A stretch of DNA of 64,000 nt from Clostridia bacterium. GTDB lineage: Bacteria; Bacillota; Clostridia; TANB77; CAG-508. Each line of letters begins with the position of its first letter. Position 1 is the first letter of the stretch. Shown here piece after piece: positions 51,506 to 61,339 of the stretch. Location of the stretch: assembly GCA_029258515.1 (NCBI GenBank), contig JARHYK010000002.1, positions 19,476-83,475 of the forward strand, given 5' to 3'. The position numbers were made by a program, and so were the translations under genes. Under the pieces are notes generated by a model. That model saw nothing but the letters and a program-made list of their open reading frames with translations. It searched no databases and was not told the origin of the DNA.

Positions 51506-52375
51506 ATGAAAAGTTTAGAAGAAAATAGATATTGGATTTGGTTAAGTTTGATACCAAATTTAGGAAGTATAAAAAAACAAAGATTGTTAGAAGGATTTGG
51601 TAGTCCGGAAAAAATATATATGGCTAATAGAAGTGAACTAACAAATACTAATATAGTAGGAGAAAAAGTAATAGATTGTATATTGGACAATAAAACAAGA
51701 CAAAAAATAAAGTATCATTTGAAGTACTTAAAGGAAAATGAAATAAAGATTGTAAATTATATAGATGAAGAATATCCATCTTTACTAAGAGAAATTTATG
51801 ATTATCCTATTAGTTTGTATGTTAAAGGAAATATAGATGTTTTAAACAAGAAAGGGATTGCAATAGTAGGGTGTAGAGATTTTAGCGAATATGGTGAAAA
51901 TTGTGCGAAATATTTTGGGTACAATTTGGCTAGAAATGATATTTTAATAATAAGTGGATTAGCAAAAGGAATTGACAGTTTTTCACATATAGGAGCCTTA
52001 GGTGCGAATGGAAAGACAGTAGCTGTGTTAGGAAATGGTTTGGATAGTGTGTATCCAAAGGAAAATGTTGAACTTGCTAAAATGATAGTATCAAAAGGAG
52101 GAGCGATTATTTCAGAATATCCTTTAGGAACCAAACCTTTAAAAATGAATTTTCCTGCAAGAAATAGAATTGTAAGTGGAATGTCAAGAGGGGTATTAGT
52201 TGTTGAAGCAAAAGAAAAAAGTGGAACCTTAATAACAGTTGATTTTGCGTTAGAACAAGGAAGAGATATTTTTGTAATTCCAGGAAATATTAATTCTAAA
52301 AATTCGGTAGGAACAAATAGATTAATAAAAGAAGGGGCTAGATTAGTTACTTGTTATCAAGAATTATTAATATAA
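51506..52375 (+). CDS. dprA: DNA-processing protein DprA (Smf)
   Basis: The Rossmann-like DprA core (IVGCRDFSEYG...SGLAKGIDSFSH...RNRIVSGMS) is conserved. Start assigned to MKSLEEN. Confidence 0.8.
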   Translation: MKSLEENRYWIWLSLIPNLGSIKKQRLLEGFGSPEKIYMANRSELTNTNIVGEKVIDCILDNKTRQKIKYHLKYLKENEIKIVNYIDEEYPSLLREIYDYPISLYVKGNIDVLNKKGIAIVGCRDFSEYGENCAKYFGYNLARNDILIISGLAKGIDSFSHIGALGANGKTVAVLGNGLDSVYPKENVELAKMIVSKGGAIISEYPLGTKPLKMNFPARNRIVSGMSRGVLVVEAKEKSGTLITVDFALEQGRDIFVIPGNINSKNSVGTNRLIKEGARLVTCYQELLI

Positions 52376-52389
52376 AAAAGAAAAGCATT

Positions 52390-52420
52390 TTATTTTTAAT
52401 AAAATGCTTTAAAAAGTATT
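52390..52420. terminator. Palindromic hairpin: terminator for the minus-strand yjcZ-like gene (T-run on the - strand) and possibly for dprA
   Basis: aaagcatttta-tttttaa-taaaatgcttt. Confidence 0.45.
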
Positions 52421-52429
52421 TAATAATGA

Positions 52430-52546
52430 TTAGCAACATCCATTTCTATTACCACCGCAACAGCAACATATTAAAAGGATAAGGATTAATAAACTGCAGC
52501 AATCATCACCAAAACCGAAACAACCACAACCTCTATTTTCTGGCAT
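52430..52546 (-). CDS. YjcZ-like small Cys-rich sporulation peptide (38 aa; not in the ORF track)
   Basis: The minus strand encodes [48 protein letters not shown] lies 9 nt upstream. A terminator lies downstream. The Gly/Cys-rich ends flanking a hydrophobic core resemble the YjcZ family. Confidence 0.5.
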   Translation of the reverse strand: MPENRGCGCFGFGDDCCSLLILILLICCCCGGNRNGCC

Positions 52547-52681
52547 AGTCTAGACCTCCTTTCAAATAAAAACATGTATTGTTTTTTCTTTTTTTCTTTT
52601 CCTTTGTATAGTATATAATATGGAAAAAAAATCATATTGACACAAATTTTTAAAAAAATTTAAAAAATTTTAAAAAAAGTA

Positions 52682-52710
52682 TTGACAATATATCAAATAT
52701 CTTGTATACT
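52682..52710 (+). promoter_or_regulatory. Consensus sigma-A promoter (TTGACA-17 nt-TATACT) for the tRNA cluster
   Basis: TTGACA at 52682-52687, TATACT at 52705-52710, about 20 nt upstream of tRNA-Val. Confidence 0.55.
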
Positions 52711-52729
52711 TAATCTCGTCGGAAGACAT

Positions 52730-52805
52730 GGTCGCTTAGCTCAGCTGGGAGAGCATCTGCCTTACAAGCAGAGGGTCATAGGTTCGAGCCCTATAGCGAC
52801 CACCA
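52730..52805 (+). tRNA. tRNA-Val (anticodon UAC)
   Basis: GGTCGCTTAGCTCAGCTGGGAGAGCATCTGCCTTACAAGCAGAGGGTCATAGGTTCGAGCCCTATAGCGACCACCA: a complete cloverleaf with encoded CCA. Confidence 0.9.
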
Positions 52806-52813
52806 TGTTTTAC

Positions 52814-52890
52814 GGCCCGGTAGTTCAGTTGGTTAGAACGCTAGCCTGTCACGCTAGAGGTCGACGGTTCGAGCCCGTTCCGGGTCGCCA
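52814..52890 (+). tRNA. tRNA-Asp (anticodon GUC)
   Basis: GGCCCGGTAGTTCAGTTGGTTAGAACGCTAGCCTGTCACGCTAGAGGTCGACGGTTCGAGCCCGTCCGGGTCGCCA. Confidence 0.9.
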
Positions 52891-52901
52891 TTTTTATATA
52901 T

Positions 52902-52977
52902 GGCTTCATAGCTCAGTTGGTAGAGCAGGGGACTGAAAATCCCCGTGTCAGTGGTTCGATTCCACTTGAAGCCACCA
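52902..52977 (+). tRNA. tRNA-Phe (anticodon GAA)
   Basis: GGCTTCATAGCTCAGTTGGTAGAGCAGGGGACTGAAAATCCCCGTGTCAGTGGTTCGATTCCACTTGAAGCCACCA. Confidence 0.9.
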
Positions 52978-52985
52978 ATGAGATA

Positions 52986-53022
52986 AAGAGAGTTTTCTAT
53001 TTTTTAGATACTCTCTTTTTTT
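52986..53022 (+). terminator. Rho-independent terminator after the tRNA cluster
   Basis: aagagagt...actctcttttttt: an 8-bp stem plus T7. Confidence 0.55.
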
Positions 53023-53108
53023 AATAGATGTGAGAATATTTTTTGATGTTTTTATATTGACAAAATGTTTTGTTATTGATAATATATGAATATAAAATAT
53101 GATTAGAA

Positions 53109-53630
53109 ATGAGTGATAAAATGAATATATATCCAAGTGGTTATTTTCAAAAAGTTGAAGATATAACAATAGAATATCTTTTGAAAAATAAAATAAAGTT
53201 AATGATTTTAGATGTAGATAATACATTAATAGATTATTATGAGAATTTATCAGAAGATATAGTTAATTGGACTAAAAATTTAAAAGGACAAGGTGTGAAG
53301 TTATATATTTTATCTAATACAAATGATAGAAAAAAGGTTGAAAAAGTAGCAAATAAGTTAGAAATTCCGTATAAATATTTTGCAATGAAACCATTTAAAA
53401 AAGGATTTTTGAAAATACAAAAAGAAATGGATGTTTCTTCTAAAAATATAGCTGTTGTTGGAGATCAAATTTTTACTGATATTTTAGGTGGAAATAGATG
53501 TAATATGCATACTATATTAGTAGCACCAATAAACAAAAAAGATTATTGGTATACAGCTTGGAAGAGACCTATTGAAAATAAAATTAAAAACAAAATTGAA
53601 AAAAAAAATAATAACGAGATATATTATTAA
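53109..53630 (+). CDS. yqeG: YqeG-family HAD-IIIA phosphatase
   Basis: DVDNTL (DxDxT) motif and the HAD-IIIA signature GDQIFTD. A sigma-A-like promoter (TTGACA-17-TAATAT) lies at 53059-53087. Confidence 0.7.
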   Translation: MSDKMNIYPSGYFQKVEDITIEYLLKNKIKLMILDVDNTLIDYYENLSEDIVNWTKNLKGQGVKLYILSNTNDRKKVEKVANKLEIPYKYFAMKPFKKGFLKIQKEMDVSSKNIAVVGDQIFTDILGGNRCNMHTILVAPINKKDYWYTAWKRPIENKIKNKIEKKNNNEIYY

Positions 53631-53656
53631 ATCAAAAGAAAAATGGAGGAAAAAAT

Positions 53657-54409
53657 ATGTATATAAAAGATATTCATATAGGAGTTTATGCAGTTGCGAT
53701 AATAATGTCTATATTTATTGGACAATTTGTTGATTGGGCAAATAAAAGGATGCCTGAATATAAAAAGGTTATCTCAAAAGATATTTTTGTAGAATATAAA
53801 ATGAATTTTAAACCGAATTATTTATTAATGTTTATAATTGCAGTTATAAATGTAATGCTAATATATGTAATAGGGATAAAATCAACTTTAGTAGGAAATT
53901 TGGATCTAATAAAATATTTAATAATAACTCCAATGTTGATATCAGCATTTGTGATAGATTATAAATATCAAATTATTCCTAATAGATTAAATTTAGTCTT
54001 GTTAGAAGTAGGAATTGTGTTTGCATTTTTATATGGATTATCAGATTTTGCAATAACATTAAATTATATATTTGGAATGTTAGTAGGGGGAGGAATATTT
54101 TTATTAATTACAGTAATAGGTGGCATGATTTATGGTAAAGAGGCAATGGGCTTTGGTGATGTTAAAATGATGGGAGCTCTTGGACTATTATTTGGATTAT
54201 CAAATATATTAATAATAACATTAGTTTCATTTTTAATAGGAGCTGTTTTAAGTATAGTCTTATTAGTAGCCAAAATTAAGAAATCGGATGAATATATTCC
54301 ATTTGGACCATTTATAGTACTTGGCACATTTTTAAGTATGTATGTACCATTTGAAGTAATAAAAAATGTATTAATGCAAATATTTACATTAGGGTTATAT
54401 AATAAATAA
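53657..54409 (+). CDS. A24-family type IV prepilin peptidase
   Basis: 8-TM protein with the second catalytic-Asp motif GFGDVKMMGALG. No pilin/assembly genes lie adjacent. Confidence 0.75.
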   Translation: MYIKDIHIGVYAVAIIMSIFIGQFVDWANKRMPEYKKVISKDIFVEYKMNFKPNYLLMFIIAVINVMLIYVIGIKSTLVGNLDLIKYLIITPMLISAFVIDYKYQIIPNRLNLVLLEVGIVFAFLYGLSDFAITLNYIFGMLVGGGIFLLITVIGGMIYGKEAMGFGDVKMMGALGLLFGLSNILIITLVSFLIGAVLSIVLLVAKIKKSDEYIPFGPFIVLGTFLSMYVPFEVIKNVLMQIFTLGLYNK

Positions 54410-54427
54410 AAGTAAAAGGAGCAAAAA

Positions 54428-55486
54428 ATGAATTCAAAATTACAATGGTTAAGAAATAAAATGAATAGTCTTGATTTGCAAGGAATAATTATATCAAATC
54501 CAGTGAATATTAGATATTTAACAAATATTAATGCAGAAGGAACATTATTGATAACAAGAAAAGAAAACATATATATAACAGATGGAAGATATATTGAACA
54601 TGTTCATAGTGTTTTAACTCTATTTGATGAAATTAATGTGTATGACATAAAAGATTTATCAAAAGATGATTATGAAAATTTTTTTATGTTTTGTGAAAAT
54701 GTAGGGTTTGAAGAACATTATGTGACATATGCAAAATATAAAGAGTATATTAGAAAATATAAAATAAATAATTTAGTAGAAACAGAATATATTATTGAAA
54801 AACAGAGAATGATAAAAGATGAAGAGGAAATTCATAATATAAACAAAGCATGTAATATAACAGATGATTGTTTTAAATATATTTTAGGATATATTAAACC
54901 AGGAATGACAGAAAAGCAAATTGCTAAAGAAATTGATGAATATTACAATGAAAGAACAGATGGTTTAGCTTTTGAAACTATAGTGGCATCAGGAGAAAAT
55001 ACATCAAAACCACATGCTGTTCCAACAAATAGAAAAATTCAAGAACAAGATATTATAACAATTGATATGGGATGTAAAGTAAATGGATATTGTTCAGATA
55101 TGACAAGAACGTTTTTTGTTGGAGATGTTATAGAAGAAGTAAAACCAATATATGATTTAGTACTTAAAAATCAATTACAAACTTTAGAGGATTATAAAGA
55201 TGGAGCAAATACTAGAATAGTAAGCAAAATGGTTGAAAATGATTTTAGATTAAATGGATATGATTTTATACATAGTCTAGGTCATGGACTTGGATTAGAA
55301 ATACATGAACCACCATATATAAGTTATAATAATGATACTTTATTAAAAGAAAACATGGTAGTAACAGACGAACCTGGAATATATATACCAGGAAAATTTG
55401 GTGTAAGGATAGAAGATACGGTACAAATTACAAAATTTGGATGTATAAAATTGACTAATTCTGAGAAAAATTATATTATAATCTAG
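54428..55486 (+). CDS. pepP: M24-family Xaa-Pro aminopeptidase
   Basis: Pita-bread fold motifs DMGCKVNGYCSDMTRT, HSLGHGLGLEIHEPP and VTDEPGIY. Confidence 0.8.
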   Translation: MNSKLQWLRNKMNSLDLQGIIISNPVNIRYLTNINAEGTLLITRKENIYITDGRYIEHVHSVLTLFDEINVYDIKDLSKDDYENFFMFCENVGFEEHYVTYAKYKEYIRKYKINNLVETEYIIEKQRMIKDEEEIHNINKACNITDDCFKYILGYIKPGMTEKQIAKEIDEYYNERTDGLAFETIVASGENTSKPHAVPTNRKIQEQDIITIDMGCKVNGYCSDMTRTFFVGDVIEEVKPIYDLVLKNQLQTLEDYKDGANTRIVSKMVENDFRLNGYDFIHSLGHGLGLEIHEPPYISYNNDTLLKENMVVTDEPGIYIPGKFGVRIEDTVQITKFGCIKLTNSEKNYIII

Positions 55487-55561
55487 TCGGAGTATTGATT
55501 TTTAAGCGATTTTGTAGTAAAATATTAAATATTAAATGAATTTTGAAAGGAGAAATAAAAA

Positions 55562-56128
55562 ATGGCAGGAGTATATTCAGCAGGAGATTTTAGAAATGGA
55601 ACAACATTTGAAATGGAAGGAAATGTATTTAGAGTAGTAGAATTCCAACATGTAAAACCAGGAAAGGGGTCAGCTTTTGTTAGAACAAAATTAAAAAATG
55701 TAATATCAGGAGCAACTTTAGAAAAAACATTTAATCCATCAGATAAATTCCCAGGTGCAGAAATAGATAAAAAAATTATGCAATATTTATATAATGATGG
55801 AGATTTATATTATTTTATGGATAATGAAACATATGATCAAATACCATTAAATAAAGAACAATTAGGAGATTGTTTAAAATATTTAAAAGAAAATATGGAA
55901 GTTACAATTCTTTCATTTAAAGGAAATGTGTTTGCGGTAGAACCACCAACATTTGTAGAATTAGAAGTTACATATACAGAACCAGGATTTGCAGGAAATA
56001 CAACAACAACATCTGGAAAGCCAGCAACTTTAGAAACAGGATTAGAGTTACAAGTTCCAATGTTTGTTGATATAGGTGATGTATTAAAAATAGATACAAG
56101 AACATGTGAATATATGGAAAGAGTGTAA
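55562..56128 (+). CDS. efp: elongation factor P
   Basis: ...[41 protein letters not shown]: conserved EF-P including the modified Lys loop. 188 aa. Confidence 0.9.
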   Translation: MAGVYSAGDFRNGTTFEMEGNVFRVVEFQHVKPGKGSAFVRTKLKNVISGATLEKTFNPSDKFPGAEIDKKIMQYLYNDGDLYYFMDNETYDQIPLNKEQLGDCLKYLKENMEVTILSFKGNVFAVEPPTFVELEVTYTEPGFAGNTTTTSGKPATLETGLELQVPMFVDIGDVLKIDTRTCEYMERV

Positions 56129-56146
56129 ATTAGAAAGGTTGATAGT

Positions 56147-56626
56147 ATGGGGATATTGAAAGACAATTATAACAGTTTCTTAAATGACATTGAAGAAAAT
56201 ATGAAAAATAAAGAAGATATTGAATATGTTAAAAAAAGAATGGAACAATTCTTGAATGTTGTATTAGAGAAAATGGATTGTATCATGAATTATAATGAAG
56301 ATGAAGTTAAAAATTTACAACATGCTCAAGAAGAATTAGAAAAAAGAGTTGAAAAAATGAGCCAAATTATCGATAAGATAGAACAAGATATTTATGCTGA
56401 TGAAGGTTTCGATTTTGAAATTATTTGTCCATATTGTGATTATGAATTTATAATCGATGAAGATGAAAATAAAAAAGAGGTAGAATGTCCAAATTGTAAG
56501 AATATTATTGATTTAGAATGGAATGGAGAATTAGATGATAATTATCAAGGATGTTCAGGAAGTTGTTCTATATGTGGTGGATGCGATATAGAAGATGATA
56601 TTGAAGAAAATGAAGATGATATGTAG
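56147..56626 (+). CDS. CD1247 N-terminal-domain-containing zinc-ribbon protein
   Basis: Conserved Clostridia gene downstream of efp. CPYCDYEF...CPNCKN Zn ribbon plus a C-terminal CSGSCSICGGCD segment. Acidic tail. Confidence 0.6.
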   Translation: MGILKDNYNSFLNDIEENMKNKEDIEYVKKRMEQFLNVVLEKMDCIMNYNEDEVKNLQHAQEELEKRVEKMSQIIDKIEQDIYADEGFDFEIICPYCDYEFIIDEDENKKEVECPNCKNIIDLEWNGELDDNYQGCSGSCSICGGCDIEDDIEENEDDM

Positions 56627-56643
56627 AATATATTTTAAAATAA

Positions 56644-56686
56644 AAAACTAACCAATATAAAAATAATTATATTGGTTAGTTTTTTT
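56644..56686. terminator. Bidirectional Rho-independent terminator (convergent genes)
   Basis: aaactaaccaatat-aaaaataattat-atattggttagtttttttt: a 14-bp stem. Confidence 0.6.
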
Positions 56687-56700
56687 GGGTACGTAGTAAT

Positions 56701-57306
56701 CTATAATAAATTTAAAAGTAAATTTTTATTATAGGTTTTGGCGTCAAGAACTTCTTCAACATCTTTTATATAGTTTTTAGGAATTTGCTTGCTAAAGAGT
56801 TTTTTTAGTTCTTTTCTTGCTGAAGGAGAAAAAGCATTTAAGGTAAAAGCATTTTTCGATAGAAGTAAGTAAAGATATTCATTGATAAAGTTTTTCTTAA
56901 TATCATAGCTTTCTATAAAAAGTTGTGTAGAAATTACTTCTAGTTTAGAATTGCAAAGTTTTTCTAGAAAAGCTAGATTATCTTTTAACTCAGATATTTT
57001 TTGTTCGCAATTTTCTATTGATTTTTCCATAGCAAAGTATTGGTCTTGAACTTTTGTAGTTGAATCTTCTAAAGCTTTTTCTAACATAGTAGTATCAAAA
57101 TTAAAGCTAGTTGATATAACAGCAAATTTTTTTGAAAAATTTAAAAATTCTTTAATGTTTGTAAGTTCTTTTACAATAGAAAGTTTTTCAGAATTTGAAA
57201 CTTTAATTTTATGTTCGAGATCTATTCTTTCCCGAGTTTCTTGTAAAATTGAGTTTAAATTATTAAGTGCTAAGTCTTTTTGATGATTTGTTTCTACTGT
57301 TTTCAT
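56701..57306 (-). CDS. hypothetical coiled-coil protein (contains an in-frame CGG codon at 57232-57234)
   Basis: 201-aa helical ORF with RBS AGAGAGG and a terminator downstream. No motif recognised. Confidence 0.5.
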   Translation of the reverse strand: MKTVETNHQKDLALNNLNSILQETRERIDLEHKIKVSNSEKLSIVKELTNIKEFLNFSKKFAVISTSFNFDTTMLEKALEDSTTKVQDQYFAMEKSIENCEQKISELKDNLAFLEKLCNSKLEVISTQLFIESYDIKKNFINEYLYLLLSKNAFTLNAFSPSARKELKKLFSKQIPKNYIKDVEEVLDAKTYNKNLLLNLL

Positions 57307-57481
57307 AATGTACCTCTCTTTTCATAATTTTGTTTTTACGTTACATAATATATTATATCAGGAAGATAATACTTTGTAAAGAGCTGGAAAAAATATTTGC
57401 AGCAACTTGAAAAAATTATGTAAATATGATATTCTATATGTAAATATTTAATAAAATAGAGAATCTTCAATGAACTAAATA

Positions 57482-57802
57482 GTGGAGGAGAAAAATATGG
57501 CTGAGAGATTATCTAATCAAGAATTTTTAAATTATTTGGAACAATTAAAAAATGATATTTTCAGGTATTCAAATTTGGAAAGTTTATCTTTGGATGATTT
57601 AAAAGAAAAAGAATTTTTAGGTAAAAGAATTATTTATATTTTTGATTTTCTTAAAACAGGTGAAATCCGGGTGATAGAAAATTTTACTGAAAAAGAAATA
57701 AATAGACTAGATAAAATAGTAAGTAGATTCCATGGAAACAGTAGGGTAGAAATTAATATTAGTATTGACGAGGAATTTGCATCGTTAAGATTTAGAAGAT
57801 GA
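57482..57802 (+). CDS. hypothetical protein (contains an in-frame CGG codon at 57668-57670)
   Basis: 106-aa ORF with RBS GGAGGAG upstream of 57482. Alternative start MAERLS at 57497. Followed by a strong terminator. Confidence 0.4.
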   Translation: MEEKNMAERLSNQEFLNYLEQLKNDIFRYSNLESLSLDDLKEKEFLGKRIIYIFDFLKTGEIRVIENFTEKEINRLDKIVSRFHGNSRVEINISIDEEFASLRFRR

Positions 57803-57821
57803 GTTAGAGCCATAAAGCATT

Positions 57822-57852
57822 TAACTCCCAACCAAGAAAGTTGGGAGTTATT
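57822..57852. terminator. Rho-independent terminator hairpin between convergent genes
   Basis: taactcccaac-caagaaa-gttgggagttatttt: a perfect 11-bp stem. Confidence 0.6.
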
Positions 57853-57860
57853 TTACGTTT

Positions 57861-58442
57861 CTAAAAAAAATCCATAGGGTTTGCATATTTATTATTAATT
57901 CTAAAACCAATATGCAAATGAGGACCGGTAGTGGCACCGTTTGTAGGCTTGCCATTAGAATCTTTATACATATTTCCTGAAACGCCATATACATTTTTAG
58001 GACCAACAAAAGCTATAACTTCTCCTTGTTTCACTGAAGTTTCAACTGGCAACATAAATTTAGGGTCTATGTGACAATATGATATTTTGAAATTATCAAA
58101 TGAAAGGGTAAGTGTGAAACCTCCAGCACCTAAAAAGTCAGAAAAAGTAATAGTTCCATCATGGACAGCAATTAATTTAGTGCCAGGAGGTGCTGGAATA
58201 TCACAACCGTAGTGGAAACTAGAAGCACCAGCAGTTGGAGAGTTTCTTTTTCCAAACGGTGAACTTATTTTCATATAGCCTGGAATTGGCCAAACAAAAC
58301 CATTTGGATTAGTGGTTATAATTTCGTTTTGGATATGATTAAAATTTGAATTAATATTTTGAAAAATTGGAATAAAAAATATTGATATAAAAATAATAAA
58401 AAGAATAAAGGTGAAGAAAAATTTTGTAATTAATTTTGACAT
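57861..58442 (-). CDS. M23-family metallopeptidase (membrane-anchored)
   Basis: N-terminal TM anchor. HYGCDI (HxxxD) and GPHLHIGF (HxH) LytM-type motifs. Confidence 0.75.
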   Translation of the reverse strand: MSKLITKFFFTFILFIIFISIFFIPIFQNINSNFNHIQNEIITTNPNGFVWPIPGYMKISSPFGKRNSPTAGASSFHYGCDIPAPPGTKLIAVHDGTITFSDFLGAGGFTLTLSFDNFKISYCHIDPKFMLPVETSVKQGEVIAFVGPKNVYGVSGNMYKDSNGKPTNGATTGPHLHIGFRINNKYANPMDFF

Positions 58443-58692
58443 AAAATCACCTCGCGTGTGTATAATTTAACATTTAAATTATGAAAAATCAAGTTTAAAC
58501 ATATAAAACTTATGAAAAAATTCTTAAAAATATAAAAAAAACTAGTAAATGCTTGATTTTTAGAAAAAAATTTGTTAAAATAGATAGCGTAAAAAACACA
58601 TAAAGGTAGTTTGAAGGGAAGTGCTAGAAAATCTAGTCCGGTTCAAGTGTTAAACTTTATGGAAGTAAAAAACAAAAAGGGAGGAATTTAAA

Positions 58693-59466
58693 ATGGCAGT
58701 AGTTGCAATGAAACAATTACTTGAAGCAGGTGTTCACTTTGGACATCAAACAAGAAGATGGGATCCTAAAATGGCTGAATATATATATCAAGCTAGAAAT
58801 GGTATCCATATCATCGATTTACAAAAAACATCAAAGAAAATTGATGAGGCTTATGCATTCTTAAAAGAACAAGCTGAAGAAGGGAAAACAGTATTATTTG
58901 TTGGAACAAAGAAACAAGCACAAGAATGTATGAAAGAAGCTGCATTAAGATGCGGTATGTTCTATATTGATCAAAGATGGTTAGGAGGAATGTTAACTAA
59001 CTTTAAAACAATAAGAACAAGAGTACAAAGATTAAAAGATCTAGAAACTATGCAAGAAGATGGAACTTTTGATGTATTACCTAAAAAAGAAGTAATATTA
59101 TTAAAGAAAGAAATGGAAAAATTAGAGAAAAACTTAGGTGGAATTAAAGAAATGGAAGAAATTCCAGGAGTTATATTCTTAGTTGATCCTAAAAAAGAAA
59201 GATTAGCAATATTAGAAGCTAAAAAATTAAATATACCAGTTATAGGATTAGTTGATACAAACTGTAATCCAGAAGAAGTAGATTATGCAATTCCAGGAAA
59301 TGATGATGCTATTAGAGCAGTTAAATTAATAGCTGATGTTATGGCGAATGCAGTAATCGAAGGTAGACAAGGTGAAAGCTTTGAAACTTCTGAAGAACAA
59401 AATGTTGAAGAAGAAGTAACAGATATGGAACAAGTAGCAGAAGAAACAGAAGAATCTGCTGAATAA
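58693..59466 (+). CDS. rpsB: 30S ribosomal protein S2
   Basis: [27 protein letters not shown]...: a near-universal S2 sequence. Confidence 0.95.
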   Translation: MAVVAMKQLLEAGVHFGHQTRRWDPKMAEYIYQARNGIHIIDLQKTSKKIDEAYAFLKEQAEEGKTVLFVGTKKQAQECMKEAALRCGMFYIDQRWLGGMLTNFKTIRTRVQRLKDLETMQEDGTFDVLPKKEVILLKKEMEKLEKNLGGIKEMEEIPGVIFLVDPKKERLAILEAKKLNIPVIGLVDTNCNPEEVDYAIPGNDDAIRAVKLIADVMANAVIEGRQGESFETSEEQNVEEEVTDMEQVAEETEESAE

Positions 59467-59469
59467 TTT

Positions 59470-59540
59470 AAAAGTTAAAAAAGGGCGAGCATCGCTCGTG
59501 CGAAAAAAAATTCGGACGTAGCGAAGTTCGCTTTTAAATA
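59470..59540 (+). promoter_or_regulatory. GC-rich paired hairpins between rpsB and tsf (candidate attenuator / partial terminator)
   Basis: gggCGAGCatcGCTCGtgcg and tAGCGAagtTCGCTttt are locally GC-rich in an AT-rich genome. Confidence 0.3.
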
Positions 59541-59565
59541 TATAAAATGATTAGGAGGAATAAAA

Positions 59566-60444
59566 ATGGTTACAGCAAGTTTAGTTAAAGAATTAAGAGA
59601 AAAAACAGGTGCAGGAATGATGGACTGCAAAAAAGTTTTAACAGAAACTGATGGAGATATGGAAAAAGCTATTGAACTATTAAGAGAAAGAGGAATAGCA
59701 AAAGCAGCTAAAAAATCTGGAAGAGTTGCAGCAGAAGGTTTAGTTGAAGCATATATTTCAGAAGATGGAAAAACAGGTGCAGTAGTAGAAGTAAACTCAG
59801 AAACAGACTTTGTTGCTAAAAATCAAGAATTTAAAGAATTTGTAGAAAATGTTGCAAAACAAGTATTAGAAACAAATCCAAAAGACGTAGAAGAGTTATT
59901 AGCTCAACCAGCTAACTTTGAAGAAGGAAAAACAATTCAAGAAGCTTTGGTTGAAAAAATAGCAACAATTGGAGAAAATTTAAGTATTAGAAGATTTGCA
60001 AGATTTGAATCAGAAGGATTAGTAGAAAAATATATTCATGGGGATGGGAAAATAGCTGTTTTAGTTAATATGAAAAAAGGTGACAAAGAAGTTGCTAAAG
60101 ATATTTGTATGCAAATTGCAGCTGCTAGACCAGAATATGTAAGAAAAGAAGAAGTACCACAAGAAAGAGTAGACAAAGAAATGGAAATCTTAAAAATTCA
60201 AACAATGAATGAAGGAAAACCAGAAGCTATTGCTGAAAAAATAGTAATGGGAAGAATTGGAAAATTCTATGAAGAAATTTGTTTAGTTAACCAAGTATTT
60301 GTTAAAGATGCTAGTTTAAAAGTTTCTGATGTATTAAGCCAAAAAGATGCAGATGTTGCTGAATTTGTAAGATTTGAAAAAGGTGAAGGAATCGAGAAAA
60401 AAGAAGAAAACTTTGCAGAAGAAGTTATGAAACAAATAAAATAA
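59566..60444 (+). CDS. tsf: elongation factor Ts
   Basis: UBA-like N-terminus VKELREKTGAGMMDCKKVL and a duplicated core. 292 aa. Confidence 0.93.
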   Translation: MVTASLVKELREKTGAGMMDCKKVLTETDGDMEKAIELLRERGIAKAAKKSGRVAAEGLVEAYISEDGKTGAVVEVNSETDFVAKNQEFKEFVENVAKQVLETNPKDVEELLAQPANFEEGKTIQEALVEKIATIGENLSIRRFARFESEGLVEKYIHGDGKIAVLVNMKKGDKEVAKDICMQIAAARPEYVRKEEVPQERVDKEMEILKIQTMNEGKPEAIAEKIVMGRIGKFYEEICLVNQVFVKDASLKVSDVLSQKDADVAEFVRFEKGEGIEKKEENFAEEVMKQIK

Positions 60445-60452
60445 AAAATATA

Positions 60453-60490
60453 AAGTTACTAAGTCATGAAATGATTTAGTAACTTTTTTA
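60453..60490 (+). terminator. Rho-independent terminator after tsf
   Basis: aagttactaa-gtcatgaaatgat-ttagtaacttttttat. Confidence 0.6.
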
Positions 60491-60619
60491 TATATTCATT
60501 AGTACTAATAAATATAGGTTAAAAATCTTAAAAAATCTTGAAAAAAATTCCAAAATTACTGTTTTTTTTCTAAATATATGATACAATAAGCATAATTAAA
60601 AAGGAAAGGAAGAATAGTA

Positions 60620-61327
60620 ATGAGTGAACCAAAATATAAGAGAGTTTTGTTAAAATTAAGTGGAGAAGCATTAGCAGGAGAAGATAAGGTTGGTGTTAAT
60701 GTTGAAACAGTTGGAAAAATTTGTGATAAGATTAGAGAAGTAATTGATATGGGAGTAGAAGTAGCAATAGTTGTTGGTGGTGGAAACTTTTGGAGAGGTA
60801 GAAATGGTCATCAAATGCAAAGAACAACAGCAGATTACATGGGAATGCTTGCGACTGTTATGAATGGATTGGCTCTTCAAGATGCATTAGAAACAAGGGG
60901 AGTATATTCACGAGTACAAACATCAATAGAAATGAGAGAAATAGCAGAACCATTTATACAAAGAAAAGCAGTTAAACATTTAGAAAAAGGAAGAGTTGTT
61001 ATATTTGCTGGTGGTACAGGTCATCCATATTTCACGACAGATACAGCAGCTGTATTAAGAGCAACAGAAATAAATGCAGAGATAATATTACTTGGAAAAG
61101 CAATAGATGCAGTATATTCTGCAGATCCTAAATTGGATCTAAATGCAACAAAATTTGAAGAAATATCATATATGGAAGTATTAGAAAAAGACTTAAAAGT
61201 AATGGATTCAACAGCAACAGCAATGTGCAGAGATAATAACATGCCATTATTAGTATTTGGGATAGCAGATCCAGAAAATATAGTAAGAGCCGTTAAAGGT
61301 GAAAAAATAGGAACAATAGTTAGATAG
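60620..61327 (+). CDS. pyrH: UMP kinase
   Basis: [12 protein letters not shown]..., ...[10 protein letters not shown]... and ...[13 protein letters not shown]... motifs. Confidence 0.93.
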   Translation: MSEPKYKRVLLKLSGEALAGEDKVGVNVETVGKICDKIREVIDMGVEVAIVVGGGNFWRGRNGHQMQRTTADYMGMLATVMNGLALQDALETRGVYSRVQTSIEMREIAEPFIQRKAVKHLEKGRVVIFAGGTGHPYFTTDTAAVLRATEINAEIILLGKAIDAVYSADPKLDLNATKFEEISYMEVLEKDLKVMDSTATAMCRDNNMPLLVFGIADPENIVRAVKGEKIGTIVR

Positions 61328-61339
61328 GAGAGAATAATT

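Noticed and set aside
52682-52936. 84-aa ORF in the six-frame track (MTIYQISCILNLVGRHGRLAQLGEHLPYKQRV...)
   Set aside because: It overlaps the promoter and the three tRNA genes (Val, Asp, Phe). The 'protein' is simply the tRNA sequences read in frame. It is not a gene.
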